Below, piece after piece: positions 37,171 to 46,441 of a stretch of DNA of 64,000 nucleotides. The notes under the pieces were generated by a model. The model was not told the origin of the DNA. It saw only the letters and a list, made by a program, of their open reading frames with translations, and did not search any database. Source of the DNA: Thermoplasmatales archaeon SW_10_69_26. Lineage in GTDB: Archaea; Thermoplasmatota; SW-10-69-26. The translations under genes were made by a program, and so were the position numbers. The stretch covers positions 3,275-67,274 of the forward strand of contig PXUB01000025.1 in the NCBI GenBank assembly GCA_003009755.1, read 5' to 3'. Numbering within the stretch: position 1 is the first letter of the stretch; each line of letters starts with the position of its first letter.

Positions 37171-38193
37171 TTAGCCGCGCTCGCCGGCGTTGAGCCCGGC
37201 GCGCTCGGCGACGTCGTACACCTCGGTGCGGGCATCGCGCAGCGAGGCGCGCTTGACGACGTAGCCCAGCTCGGTCAGCTTGCCGAGGCTCGATCGCACG
37301 GTGCGGGACGTGAGCCCGGACTGGCGAGCGATCTCGGAGGGCGTCATCGGGCCCTCGTACTCCAACAGCTTGTAGATGAACCGGGCCGAGGGCGGGGCAT
37401 CGGCCAGCTCGCTGCCGATCTCGCGTTTCAGCCGGACGCGGCCGAGCAGGTGGCCGTGCTCGCGCTCGGACAACCGCACCAGCGTCAGCCGGCGGCCGGT
37501 GCCCTTGATCGTGACGTCCTCGTCGATCGAGACCCGGCGGTGACCGTCGACGACGAGCTCGACGCCGGAGCCGCTCTCGGGGTTGGCCAGCGTGATCATG
37601 GAGGCGCTGGGCGACACGATCGGGGGATGGTCCTCCTCGCTGCAGACGGGCACGACGGTCAACACGTCGGCGGCGGACAGGACCGCGGGTCCGCCGGCAG
37701 ACAACGCGTAGGCGGTCGACCCGGTCGGGGTGCACACGATCGTGCCGTCGCCGCGGTCGTGCCACAGCAGCTCGCCGTCGACCTTGACGTCGACGTCGAG
37801 GAACGTGCCGTTCTGCTGGGGCAACACGGCGGCCTCGTTGAGCGCCAGCCAGCGCTCGTCGCCGACCTCGCACTCCATGCGCAGCGTCTGCGTGCGCCCC
37901 GATCGACCCTCGGCCAGGGCTCGGGCGACCTCCTCGGCCTCGCCGGCCTGGGCCTCGGCGAGCACGCCCAGGCCCTCGTTGGACAAGAGCAGGACCGGCG
38001 GCGGGTCGGGCAGCTCGGCCAACCGCGACAGGAAGAATCGGGTCTCGCCGACGAGCGTCAGCACGTCGGTCTCGGCGTCGACGGCATCGGTGACGGTCAG
38101 CTCGTGCTCGGCGAACGCCTCCCGCACCTGGCCGCCGTCCTCGCGGGCTCGCTCGTGGGCCTCGACCGCGACGCGCACGTTCCCCGGGCACAT
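37171..38193 (-). CDS. NAD-kinase-fold protein fused to a C-terminal wHTH
   Basis: LALNE and GDGTIVCTPTGSTAYALSAGGP; C-terminal PPSARFIYKLLEYEGPMTPSEI...RTVRSSL...RDAR. N-terminal GGDG is replaced by VGETR. Confidence 0.85.
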   Translation of the reverse strand: MCPGNVRVAVEAHERAREDGGQVREAFAEHELTVTDAVDAETDVLTLVGETRFFLSRLAELPDPPPVLLLSNEGLGVLAEAQAGEAEEVARALAEGRSGRTQTLRMECEVGDERWLALNEAAVLPQQNGTFLDVDVKVDGELLWHDRGDGTIVCTPTGSTAYALSAGGPAVLSAADVLTVVPVCSEEDHPPIVSPSASMITLANPESGSGVELVVDGHRRVSIDEDVTIKGTGRRLTLVRLSEREHGHLLGRVRLKREIGSELADAPPSARFIYKLLEYEGPMTPSEIARQSGLTSRTVRSSLGKLTELGYVVKRASLRDARTEVYDVAERAGLNAGERG

Positions 38194-38259
38194 CGTCGGC
38201 CCCCTTGAGGCCTGCGCCCGCGGGCGAACGGTCAAGCCGCCGAAGCCGCGTGAGCCCAC

Positions 38260-39114
38260 ATGGTCGGACGTTGGAAGCTGCTCGGCTGGGCCGGAGCCGG
38301 CCTGCTGACGTTGGTCGTGCTAGCGCCCGCCGGGATGCTGTGGATGCTGTTGCATCCGCCCCAGGCCGGCGGCACGACGACGCCGGTCGAGCTGGGGCTG
38401 GCGGCCGAGCATCGGCGGTTGACGACCGAGGACGGTGTCGAGCTGGATGCCTGGGTCGTCGAGGCCGCCAACGAGACCGACTCGGCGATCGTGGTCGCCC
38501 ACGGCTACCCGGCCAGCAAGGCCGACGTGCTGCCGGCGGTGGCCTTCCTTGCAGGAGACCATCACCTCGTGCTGGTCGACCACCGCGGGTTGGGTGACAG
38601 CGAGGGCTCGACGACGCTGGGCATCGAGGAACCGTTGGACGTGCAGGCCGGCATCGAGGCGGCGCGCGCGATCGCGGGCGTCGACCGCGTCGGGTTGCTC
38701 GGGTTCTCGATGGGTGGCGCCGCGGCGATCCAGGCGGCCGACGACGCCGACGTGGACGCGCTCGTGGCGCAAGCCGCCTACGCGGACCTGGGCGATCTTG
38801 CGGCCGGTAGCTTCGAGGGCCTGGGCCCGCTGGCCCACCCGATGGGTGCCCTGATGCTGTTCTACGGCGAGCTGGCCGGCCTCGACCCCGACCGCGCCCG
38901 CCCCGTGGAGGACATCGGGGACGTCGAGGCGCCGATCTTGTTGATCCACGGCAGCGAGGACGAGACGATCGACGCCGACCACGGCCGTCGGCTGGCCGAG
39001 GCCGCCCCCGAGGCCGAGCTGTGGATCGTCGACGGCGGCACGCACGGCGCCGCCGCGTTGAACCCCGGGTGGGGGGACCGCGTGGGCGCGTTCTTCGACG
39101 ACGCGCTCGAGTGA
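38260..39114 (+). CDS. Membrane-anchored alpha/beta hydrolase
   Basis: N-terminal TM, HGY, GFSMG, HGSEDE and catalytic His (GGTHG). Confidence 0.9.
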   Translation: MVGRWKLLGWAGAGLLTLVVLAPAGMLWMLLHPPQAGGTTTPVELGLAAEHRRLTTEDGVELDAWVVEAANETDSAIVVAHGYPASKADVLPAVAFLAGDHHLVLVDHRGLGDSEGSTTLGIEEPLDVQAGIEAARAIAGVDRVGLLGFSMGGAAAIQAADDADVDALVAQAAYADLGDLAAGSFEGLGPLAHPMGALMLFYGELAGLDPDRARPVEDIGDVEAPILLIHGSEDETIDADHGRRLAEAAPEAELWIVDGGTHGAAALNPGWGDRVGAFFDDALE

Positions 39115-39377
39115 GAGGGGCAAGCAGGGGACGGCAGAGGCAGCGGGACACAGCAGAGGCTCTGTCCCCCCGTTCCTCGTCGTTCTCCGCCTCGTGCGTT
39201 TCGGCCTCCGATCCCCTGCATGCTTCCCGCCGTCCAACCTTCCCGCGATGGCGTTGCCTCCCCCTCTCCGTTCCTCGAGCCTCCGTCCCGCTGTGGTCGA
39301 GGTCGCCGCTTGGCTGTCCTCCCCCCCGGCCCTCCCCTCGTCCTCTCCTTCTTGTATGAGGAGCGGATGCCCGGGTG

Positions 39378-41327
39378 ATGCCCGTCAGCTTCGAGGCCCG
39401 CGCACGAGAGGGCCTGTCCCGTCGGGGGACGATGGAGACCCCGCACGGGCCCGTGGACACGCCGGCGATGATGCCGGTGATCAACCCCAACCGCACGCTG
39501 ATCGAGCCCCAGCGGATGGCCGAGGACTTCGGCGCTCAGATCCTCATCACGAACGCCTACATCATCCGCAAGGACGAGGACCTGCGCGAGCAAGCCCGCG
39601 AGGAGGGCGTGCACGCCCTGATCGATTGGGACCGGCCCCTGGTGACGGATTCGGGCACCTTCCAGGACTACGTTTACGGCGAGATCGACCTCGAGCCCGA
39701 CGAGATCCTCGCCTTCCAGCGCGAGATGGGCTCGGACGTCGGCACGATCCTCGACGTCTTCAGCCCGCCGGACCGCACGCACGAGGAGGCCGACCAGGAG
39801 GCCGACGACACGCTGTTGCGCGCCGTGGACGCGGTCGACCACGCCGGCGACATGGCGCTCAACCTGCCCGTGCAGGGCGGCACCTACCCCGACCTGCGCG
39901 AGGCGGCCGCCCGCGACGTCTCCCGCCTCGAACCGCCCGGTGGTGCCCTGCACCCGATCGGTGGCGTCGTCCCCCTCATGGAGGACCAGCGCTACGTCAC
40001 GCTCACGAAGGCGATCTTGGGCGCCCAGCGCGGCCTGCACGCCGGCCGCCCGGTGCACCTGTTCGGCGCCGGCCACCCGCACATGCTGGCCCTGGCGGTC
40101 TACCTCGGGTGCGATCTGTTCGACTCGGCCGCCTACGCCAAGTACGCCGACGACGACCGGCTCGTGTTCCCCTGGGGCACCGTCGGGCTCGACGAGCTCG
40201 ACGAGCTGCCCTGCACGTGCCCCACCTGCCGCGAGCGCACCGCCGGGGACCTCGAGGCCTTGCCCGACGACGAGCGCGTGCAGGCGCTGGGCGAGCACAA
40301 CCTGCACGTCACGATGGCCGAGATGCGCCGCATCCGGCACGCCCAGGACAGCGGCCGCCTGCTCGAGCTGGTGCTCGAGCGCATCAGCGCGCATCCGGCC
40401 TTGGACGCCTGCCGGCACGTGCTGGCCGACCACGTCGACCAGCTGGAGGCTCGCGAGCCGGTCTCCCACCACCGCGCGGTGACCCTCGTCGACCACGGCC
40501 TCGACTGGCATCCCCAGCCCGAGCGGGCGATGGACCGGGTCGACCGCCGGCTGGACCCCCGCGGCCCCCTCACGCTGCTGGATGCGGTCGACCGTCCGTT
40601 CACGGCGAACGCCACCGACGAGGTGCAGGCGATGCGCGCCCGCGGCGTGCACCCGTTCTTCCCGTCCCGGCTGGGCCCGGTGCCCTTCGACCTCGACGAA
40701 GCCTACCCGTTCTCCCAGTGCCGGGAGGGACCGATCACGGAGCCGGTCGTCGAGGCCAGCCGCGAGCAGCTCGACCAACTGGCCGAGGCGTGGGACGTCG
40801 ACGTCCTCGCACCTGAGACGGCCCGCCAGCGGCCGGCGGAGGACGAGGTGGATCTGACGGCCGAGCGCGTGGCCGCGACCGCCAGCTACCAGTTCGGGCC
40901 CCAGGCCGGCCGACGCCTGCTGGCGGGCGAGGTCGCGATCGAGACCTCCCCGCGCACGGGGCGTGTGCGGACCGTGGAGACCGACGGCGAGCACGTGCTC
41001 TCGCGCCGCGCCTACGACGGCCTGTTCACGCTCAAGCTCGCCGGCGCTCGCCGCATCCACGAGTGGTTGCCGCGCCCGTTCATGCGCGTCCGCGTCGACG
41101 AGGAGTCGGCCCCGTTCAACGCGGCCGGCAAATCGGTGTTCGCCAAGTTCGTGCTCGGCGTTCAAAAGGGCCTGCGCCCCGGCGAGGAGTGCCTGGTGGT
41201 GGACCCCGACGACGAGCTCGTGGGCTGCGGGCAGCTGCGGGTCAGCCCGGCCGAGATGAAGGACATGGGCAGCGGGCCGGCCGTCGACGTGCGGGAGGGC
41301 ATCGGCAAGGACACCTACCGGGGCTGA
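39378..41327 (+). CDS. tgtA: Archaeosine tRNA-guanine(15) transglycosylase with PUA domain
   Basis: TPAMMPVINP, ITNAYI, TDSGTFQ, HLFGAGHP, DLFDSA, CxCxxC and a PUA tail. Confidence 0.95.
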   Translation: MPVSFEARAREGLSRRGTMETPHGPVDTPAMMPVINPNRTLIEPQRMAEDFGAQILITNAYIIRKDEDLREQAREEGVHALIDWDRPLVTDSGTFQDYVYGEIDLEPDEILAFQREMGSDVGTILDVFSPPDRTHEEADQEADDTLLRAVDAVDHAGDMALNLPVQGGTYPDLREAAARDVSRLEPPGGALHPIGGVVPLMEDQRYVTLTKAILGAQRGLHAGRPVHLFGAGHPHMLALAVYLGCDLFDSAAYAKYADDDRLVFPWGTVGLDELDELPCTCPTCRERTAGDLEALPDDERVQALGEHNLHVTMAEMRRIRHAQDSGRLLELVLERISAHPALDACRHVLADHVDQLEAREPVSHHRAVTLVDHGLDWHPQPERAMDRVDRRLDPRGPLTLLDAVDRPFTANATDEVQAMRARGVHPFFPSRLGPVPFDLDEAYPFSQCREGPITEPVVEASREQLDQLAEAWDVDVLAPETARQRPAEDEVDLTAERVAATASYQFGPQAGRRLLAGEVAIETSPRTGRVRTVETDGEHVLSRRAYDGLFTLKLAGARRIHEWLPRPFMRVRVDEESAPFNAAGKSVFAKFVLGVQKGLRPGEECLVVDPDDELVGCGQLRVSPAEMKDMGSGPAVDVREGIGKDTYRG

Positions 41328-41408
41328 GGGGCACATCTCAGCCTGGCTCAGGGACGATCGCGTGGGCTGGGCAAGGGTTCACAAGCAGGCGTCCGGCAAG
41401 CGGGAGGC

Positions 41409-41960
41409 ATGCAGCCCGAGGATGAACTGCGAGCCGACCACATGGCGATCCGGCGAGGCGCAAAGGTGCTCGAACACCTGGCCCACCACCTCCGCGAGGG
41501 CCACGGCGTCCGCAACACGGACATGTTCACGCTCGTCGACCTGCTCGACCGCGCCGCCGGCGAGGACCACCACGGCAAGGAGGAGCAGATCCTGTTCGCG
41601 TTCCTGCGCGAGAGGCGCACGCGGTTCGGGTTCGACGGGCTGCGCAGCTTCCACGAGGACCACGACGAGCTGGGGGATCTGCTGGCCGACCTCCGCGAGC
41701 TCGTCGGCCCAGCCTGCGAGGGGGACCAGCGGGCCCGGCAACGGTTGGACAAGATGGCCACCCGCTACCGTGAGGCGACCCGCGATCACTTGCGCCGGGA
41801 GGAGCAGACGTTCCTCGACCGGCTGCACGAGAACCTGAGCACCGACGAGATCCAGGATCTCGCCGACCGGTTGGCCGCCTTCGACGGGGCGCCGAAGGCG
41901 CGGGACCGCCTCGAGGATCGATCGGATCGGCTCGCGAACGGCTACGAGGACGCCTTCTGA
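41409..41960 (+). CDS. Hemerythrin-domain protein
   Basis: ADH, HHGKEEQILF, EDH and HLRREE. Confidence 0.85.
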   Translation: MQPEDELRADHMAIRRGAKVLEHLAHHLREGHGVRNTDMFTLVDLLDRAAGEDHHGKEEQILFAFLRERRTRFGFDGLRSFHEDHDELGDLLADLRELVGPACEGDQRARQRLDKMATRYREATRDHLRREEQTFLDRLHENLSTDEIQDLADRLAAFDGAPKARDRLEDRSDRLANGYEDAF

Positions 41961-41961
41961 G

Positions 41962-42675
41962 TCACTCCCGGAACAGCAGTTGCGTGTGCCCGACGCCGAT
42001 CACGTCCCCGTGCGACAGCCCTCGGCGCTCGCCCAGGCCCAGCCGGTCGCCGTTCAGGGAGACCCGAGCCCGCGCCGAGCGGAGATCCAGCAGCGTGTAG
42101 GTGTCGTCCTGGATCTCGATCTCGGCCGCCTGGTCGTCGACGAACCGGCTCTCGGGGAGGGGGACGTCGGCCTTGGGCTGGCTGCCGAGGATCCAGCCGC
42201 GGCGGCGGTCGGCCTCGAGCGTGCCCAGGCGGAACCGGCGGCCGACCTCGAGGCCGTGGACGACGACGAGGTGGGGTCCGGGCCCGGTCGGTTCCGGCTC
42301 CCACTCGATCGGCGAGGGATCGGGATCCTCGGGGTGGACGGACGGGTTGCCGTGGGCGGACAGCTCGCGCAAGGCCTCGGCCAGCGCCCACAGGGGTGCC
42401 TGGTCGATCCGGTAGGCGTTCTTCACGCGGCCGCCCTCGCGGACGCGCTGGGCGCGCACGATGCCGGCCTCCTGCAGCTGGTTGAGGTGGTAGCGCACCC
42501 CCTGACGGGTGAGACAGCGGGTGCGGTTCCCGTTGCGGCCGTCGTGGTCGACCGGCGTGAGCTCGATCTCGTCCAGCGTGCAGGCGTCCTGGAGCTGGGA
42601 CAGAAGGCTCAGACGGTTCGCGAACGCGAGCGCTTCGAGGCTCTCCAGGATCCAGTCGGTGGCTTCCTCCCCCAT
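41962..42675 (-). CDS. ArsR-like wHTH + FHA-fold protein
   Basis: LEALAFANRLSLL...QGVRYHLNQLQEAGIV; C-terminal LLDLRS...SLNGDRL...LSHGDVIGVG. Confidence 0.85.
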   Translation of the reverse strand: MGEEATDWILESLEALAFANRLSLLSQLQDACTLDEIELTPVDHDGRNGNRTRCLTRQGVRYHLNQLQEAGIVRAQRVREGGRVKNAYRIDQAPLWALAEALRELSAHGNPSVHPEDPDPSPIEWEPEPTGPGPHLVVVHGLEVGRRFRLGTLEADRRRGWILGSQPKADVPLPESRFVDDQAAEIEIQDDTYTLLDLRSARARVSLNGDRLGLGERRGLSHGDVIGVGHTQLLFRE

Positions 42676-43052
42676 GGCGCAGGACGAGGCCCGTGACGAG
42701 GTTTGAACGCTCGCGCGAAGATCTTCGATCACCGATGGATGTCCTACCGCAGGAGGAACCGGGGGCTGCAGCCGGTCCCCAGCTCCGTCGGGATCAGAGG
42801 CCTGGTAGTGCAACGGTTGGCTTGACACGTGGACGTTTGCCGGTGACAAACGAGGGCCAGCGAACCCAACCGCCCCACCGGGCGCGGGCAAGGTCGGCTG
42901 AGTGGTGTCGGCTGGGCGCCGTGCAGGGGAACGAGCACCTGCTCGAAGGAAGCAACGATTTGGACTGAAACGCCCATTCTTGGCCGCTTGCGCGGCTCTT
43001 TCCCCAAATGTTCATCCCTCTCGAAGGCCCTGGTTGCGGTGGTTGCGTTCCG

Positions 43053-43751
43053 ATGGCTCCATTGGCTCCCGATACCGAGGTCGAACAGCAGGTCGAGATG
43101 AGCGTCGAACTGTCGTGCCACCAGATCGGCTTCTCGCCGCCGCCGTACGATTGCCACCTCCGGTTGCTGGATCTGGAGGACAGCTGGGTGGGGTACGCGT
43201 GGAGCCACGGAGCAGCGATCGATGCGTTCCATCGGTGGTTGGCCCGCAACCTCGATCTCGAGCGCACGCGGCTGCAGGAGACCTCGCGCCGCGTGCTGAT
43301 CGCGCACTTCGAGACCCCGCCTCGCTCCTTCCAGCACTTGCTCGACCGGGCCGACATGCGGCTGGCGCTGCTGCGGGCCGACGGCTCGGCGGCGTTGAGC
43401 GTCGCCGGTGCGCGCTCGGACGTCCGCGAGCTGTTGGACGCGCTGGAGAACAGCTCGTCGAACGTCGAGGTGACCGACGTCCGCATGCCCTCCGAGTCCC
43501 GCCCGGACACGTTGCTCACCACCGAGCAGCACCGGGCGATCGGGACCGCCTTCGAGGAGGGCTACTTCGACGTACCTCGCCGCGTGCGGTTGGCCGATCT
43601 GGCCGAGCGGTTGGGCACGAGCACGAGCGCGCTGTCCGAGACGCTTCGCCGGGGATTGTACCGGCTCGTGGAAGCCCACCTGACGGTGCCGGTGGAGGGC
43701 GCCCACGAGAACCTGCAGGCCGCCAAGGCCCAAGCCGACGTCCACGCCTGA
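43053..43751 (+). CDS. Bacterio-opsin activator-type HTH_10 regulator
   Basis: LTTEQHRAIGTAFEEGYFDVPRRVRLADLAERLGTSTSALSETLRR. Confidence 0.9.
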   Translation: MAPLAPDTEVEQQVEMSVELSCHQIGFSPPPYDCHLRLLDLEDSWVGYAWSHGAAIDAFHRWLARNLDLERTRLQETSRRVLIAHFETPPRSFQHLLDRADMRLALLRADGSAALSVAGARSDVRELLDALENSSSNVEVTDVRMPSESRPDTLLTTEQHRAIGTAFEEGYFDVPRRVRLADLAERLGTSTSALSETLRRGLYRLVEAHLTVPVEGAHENLQAAKAQADVHA

Positions 43752-43808
43752 GCGAGGGCCCGCTGAGCCCGAGCCTCGCGCCGTCCTCAGTCGGCTTCCC
43801 CCTCGGCG

Positions 43809-44136
43809 GTGAAGCGGACCGCGCTCGTGCTCGCGCCGATCCTGGCCATCTCGACCGCGTTGGCCGGCTGCATCGGTGACCCCGATGCGCCGGTCGACGC
43901 GGCCGGCGACGAGACCGCCACCGACACCTCCGATCCCCGGACCCCGGAGACGAACGGGAGCGGGTCCCAGGCTCACCTGGCCGGAGTCGCAGGGCAACGC
44001 CTCGCTGCCCACGGACATGACCGACGTCGAGCACTGCGAGGTGTTCGGGCAGGCCCGCGAGCGCGCCCAGCAGACGCTGGCCGAGCACGGAATCCACGAG
44101 CCGGCCGACCTGTCGGCGGTGACGCCGGCTCGCTGA
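43809..44136 (+). pseudogene. Truncated or frameshifted lipoprotein
   Basis: Lipobox LAGC; frame shifts near 43965 into RLTWPESQGNASLP...*. Confidence 0.5.
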
Positions 44137-44206
44137 GCCGGTCGTGTTGGGCCCGGGCCGAACGGTTACCGATGGCATATCCAAGGGGAGAGCTCATCGG
44201 GCCACG

Positions 44207-44674
44207 ATGCGAACGACGCCGATCCTGGCCGCGGCCCTCCTGTTGGCCGCAGCGCTCGTGGGATGCCTGGAGCCGTCCCCATCCTCGCCCCCGACGGGTC
44301 CGATCGCCTTCGAGACGGTCGAGAAGGGGCAAGGCTCCGGCGTCGAGGACCGAAAGGCGCTGGAGATCCGCAACGACACTGCCGTCTTCAACCTCTGGGT
44401 CCGCCACGATCCCGCCACGAACGACCACCCCGACCCCCCGGCGGTCGACTTCTCGCAGAAGACCGTGCTCGCCGTTTTCGAGGGCCTTGACGCCTCCACG
44501 TGCCGATCGGCCGAGGTGACGAACGTCACCGGCCTCGACAACGGCACGATCCAGGCCGAGTGGAACCTCACGCCCGTCGCGGAGGAGGCGTGCGAGGGGG
44601 GCAACGGCTCGGCGTTCCACATGGTCGCGATCGACCGATACGACGCCGAGATCGCCTTCGTGCTCGAGGACTGA
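44207..44674 (+). CDS. Lipoprotein with PrcB C-terminal-like domain
   Basis: Lipobox LVGC; PAVDFSQKTVLAVFEG...FHMVAI. Confidence 0.75.
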   Translation: MRTTPILAAALLLAAALVGCLEPSPSSPPTGPIAFETVEKGQGSGVEDRKALEIRNDTAVFNLWVRHDPATNDHPDPPAVDFSQKTVLAVFEGLDASTCRSAEVTNVTGLDNGTIQAEWNLTPVAEEACEGGNGSAFHMVAIDRYDAEIAFVLED

Positions 44675-44747
44675 GACACCCGGCCGACCCCGGCTCCACC
44701 GGAAACGGCCCCGACCAGCTATACCCGGGCCCTCCCTTGGCGGCCCC

Positions 44748-45317
44748 ATGGCCTCCTACCAGACGAAGCTCAAGATCGGGCGCAAGCTCGAGGGGGTCGA
44801 CACCGACACCGCCTCGGACAACCAGATCTCCCTGCTCCTCCGCTACGACGAGGAGACGGGTGCCGAGGACCACGTCAGCGTGTCGATCGAGTCCGACGCG
44901 ATGACCGTCGACGACGTCTTCGGGCTGCTCGCGTTCCTGGACGAGCGCGGCGTCCTCACCTCCAGCGAGTGCAAGACCTGGCTCCACCAGTCCAAGGCCA
45001 GCCGCGAGGAGCACGGCGGCACGACGGAGTGGGCCGGCGAGGACCTCGAACGCAAGGTCTCGATGGCGAAGAAGGGCCTGCGGACCCGGTCCGGGGGCGA
45101 GGAGGGCAGCGAGCGCGCTCGCAAGCAGGCGCTGGTCAAGGTCAACGAGCTCGAGCGCGAGCTCGGCGAGCTCAAGGCCACGCTGCGCGGCTCCGACGAG
45201 GACGATGACGCCGGCGAGCCCGAGACCGGCGCGACGAGCGTCGGCGAGAGGGACGAGCCCGATGCCGACGGGTCCGAGACCGACGACAGCGGTCCGACCC
45301 CGCCGAACGCGTTGTGA
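44748..45317 (+). CDS. Hypothetical acidic protein with coiled-coil tail
   Basis: Host-like ORF with a TATA-like element (CTATAC) about 25 nt upstream. Confidence 0.7.
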   Translation: MASYQTKLKIGRKLEGVDTDTASDNQISLLLRYDEETGAEDHVSVSIESDAMTVDDVFGLLAFLDERGVLTSSECKTWLHQSKASREEHGGTTEWAGEDLERKVSMAKKGLRTRSGGEEGSERARKQALVKVNELERELGELKATLRGSDEDDDAGEPETGATSVGERDEPDADGSETDDSGPTPPNAL

Positions 45318-45344
45318 GGAGCGGCCGCGGCGACGTCGGCGGGG

Positions 45345-45740
45345 TCACCCGTCGACGTCGAGGTCGGCGTCGACCTCGATGCCTTGCTCTTGGAAGAGCT
45401 GCTCGGCGACCTCCCAGGCGGTCCGCATGTGGGGGATGAAGATCGAGCCGCCGACGACGAGCGCGACGTTGAGCGCGTCCATCACCTCGTCCGGCTGGGC
45501 CTCGTGCTCGGTGATCAACACGTCGAGGTGGTAGGCGATGCAGTCGTTGCATCGCAGCACGCAGCTGGCGACCAGCCCCATCCACTCCTTCGTGGTCGCG
45601 TCCAGCGCGCCGTCCTCGTAGGCGCGCGAGTCGAGGTTGAAGAACCGCTTGACGCCGAGGTGATCTTGGCCGAGGATCTTGTCGTTGGCTCGCTCGCGGG
45701 CCTCGCGGAACTCGTCCACGTCCATGTGCTCGTGGCTCAT
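45345..45740 (-). CDS. AhpD/carboxymuconolactone decarboxylase family protein
   Basis: GALDATTKE...LRCNDCIAYH...VVGGSI. Confidence 0.9.
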   Translation of the reverse strand: MSHEHMDVDEFREARERANDKILGQDHLGVKRFFNLDSRAYEDGALDATTKEWMGLVASCVLRCNDCIAYHLDVLITEHEAQPDEVMDALNVALVVGGSIFIPHMRTAWEVAEQLFQEQGIEVDADLDVDG

Positions 45741-45819
45741 CACCGGGGCAGGCCGGTCGTGGACGAAAGCCTTGGCCTCGACCCGCCCGCTTTTCAACCC
45801 CGGGTCGTCTGTCGCGGCG

Positions 45820-46317
45820 ATGCGCTCGGAAAAGATCGAGGCGAACCTCGACACGATCGAGGAGTGGCTGACCCACGACCGGTTCCAGGTGACGGAGGTC
45901 GAGGACCCGCAAAGCCACGTGACCCTGGAGGCCGAGCGCGCCGAGGACTTCACCTACTCGATCGTGCACCCCGACCCCGACGCCGATCACGTCTTCGTGG
46001 GCCTGGCGCTCCCGGGCGAGGCCATCGACGAGGCTCTGGCGGACGCCACCGAGGAGGAGACCGAGGTCTTCCTGGCCGACCTGCGGTTCGGGCTGCTCGG
46101 CATGGACGTCGAGTTCGAGGGGCTGGAGGTCGGCACCCCGCGCGTCACGCTGTTCATCCCGGCCTACTTCGACGGGCTCTCCAAAGACCGGTTCATGGAG
46201 AAGCTGCGCAAGGTGAAGAACGCCGGCCTGTTCCTCGAGTGGTCGCTGGCCCCCGTCGAGGAGGAGCTCGATCGCTCGCCCGACCCGGCCGCGGGCGGGG
46301 ACCGGTACATCCGGTGA
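45820..46317 (+). CDS. DUF2299-like protein
   Basis: IEEWL...FLADLRFGLL...YFDGLSKDRFM. Confidence 0.7.
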   Translation: MRSEKIEANLDTIEEWLTHDRFQVTEVEDPQSHVTLEAERAEDFTYSIVHPDPDADHVFVGLALPGEAIDEALADATEEETEVFLADLRFGLLGMDVEFEGLEVGTPRVTLFIPAYFDGLSKDRFMEKLRKVKNAGLFLEWSLAPVEEELDRSPDPAAGGDRYIR

Positions 46318-46441
46318 CCCGTCGGACCCGCCCGCGAGGATCGCGTGGGCGGGGCTAGACTGTCGCTGCTCGTCCTGCCCGTGCTCGGCAAGCTGATCGG
46401 GGATCGGGTCCGAGCCGACCTCCGCCTGAGGGATCGATCGA

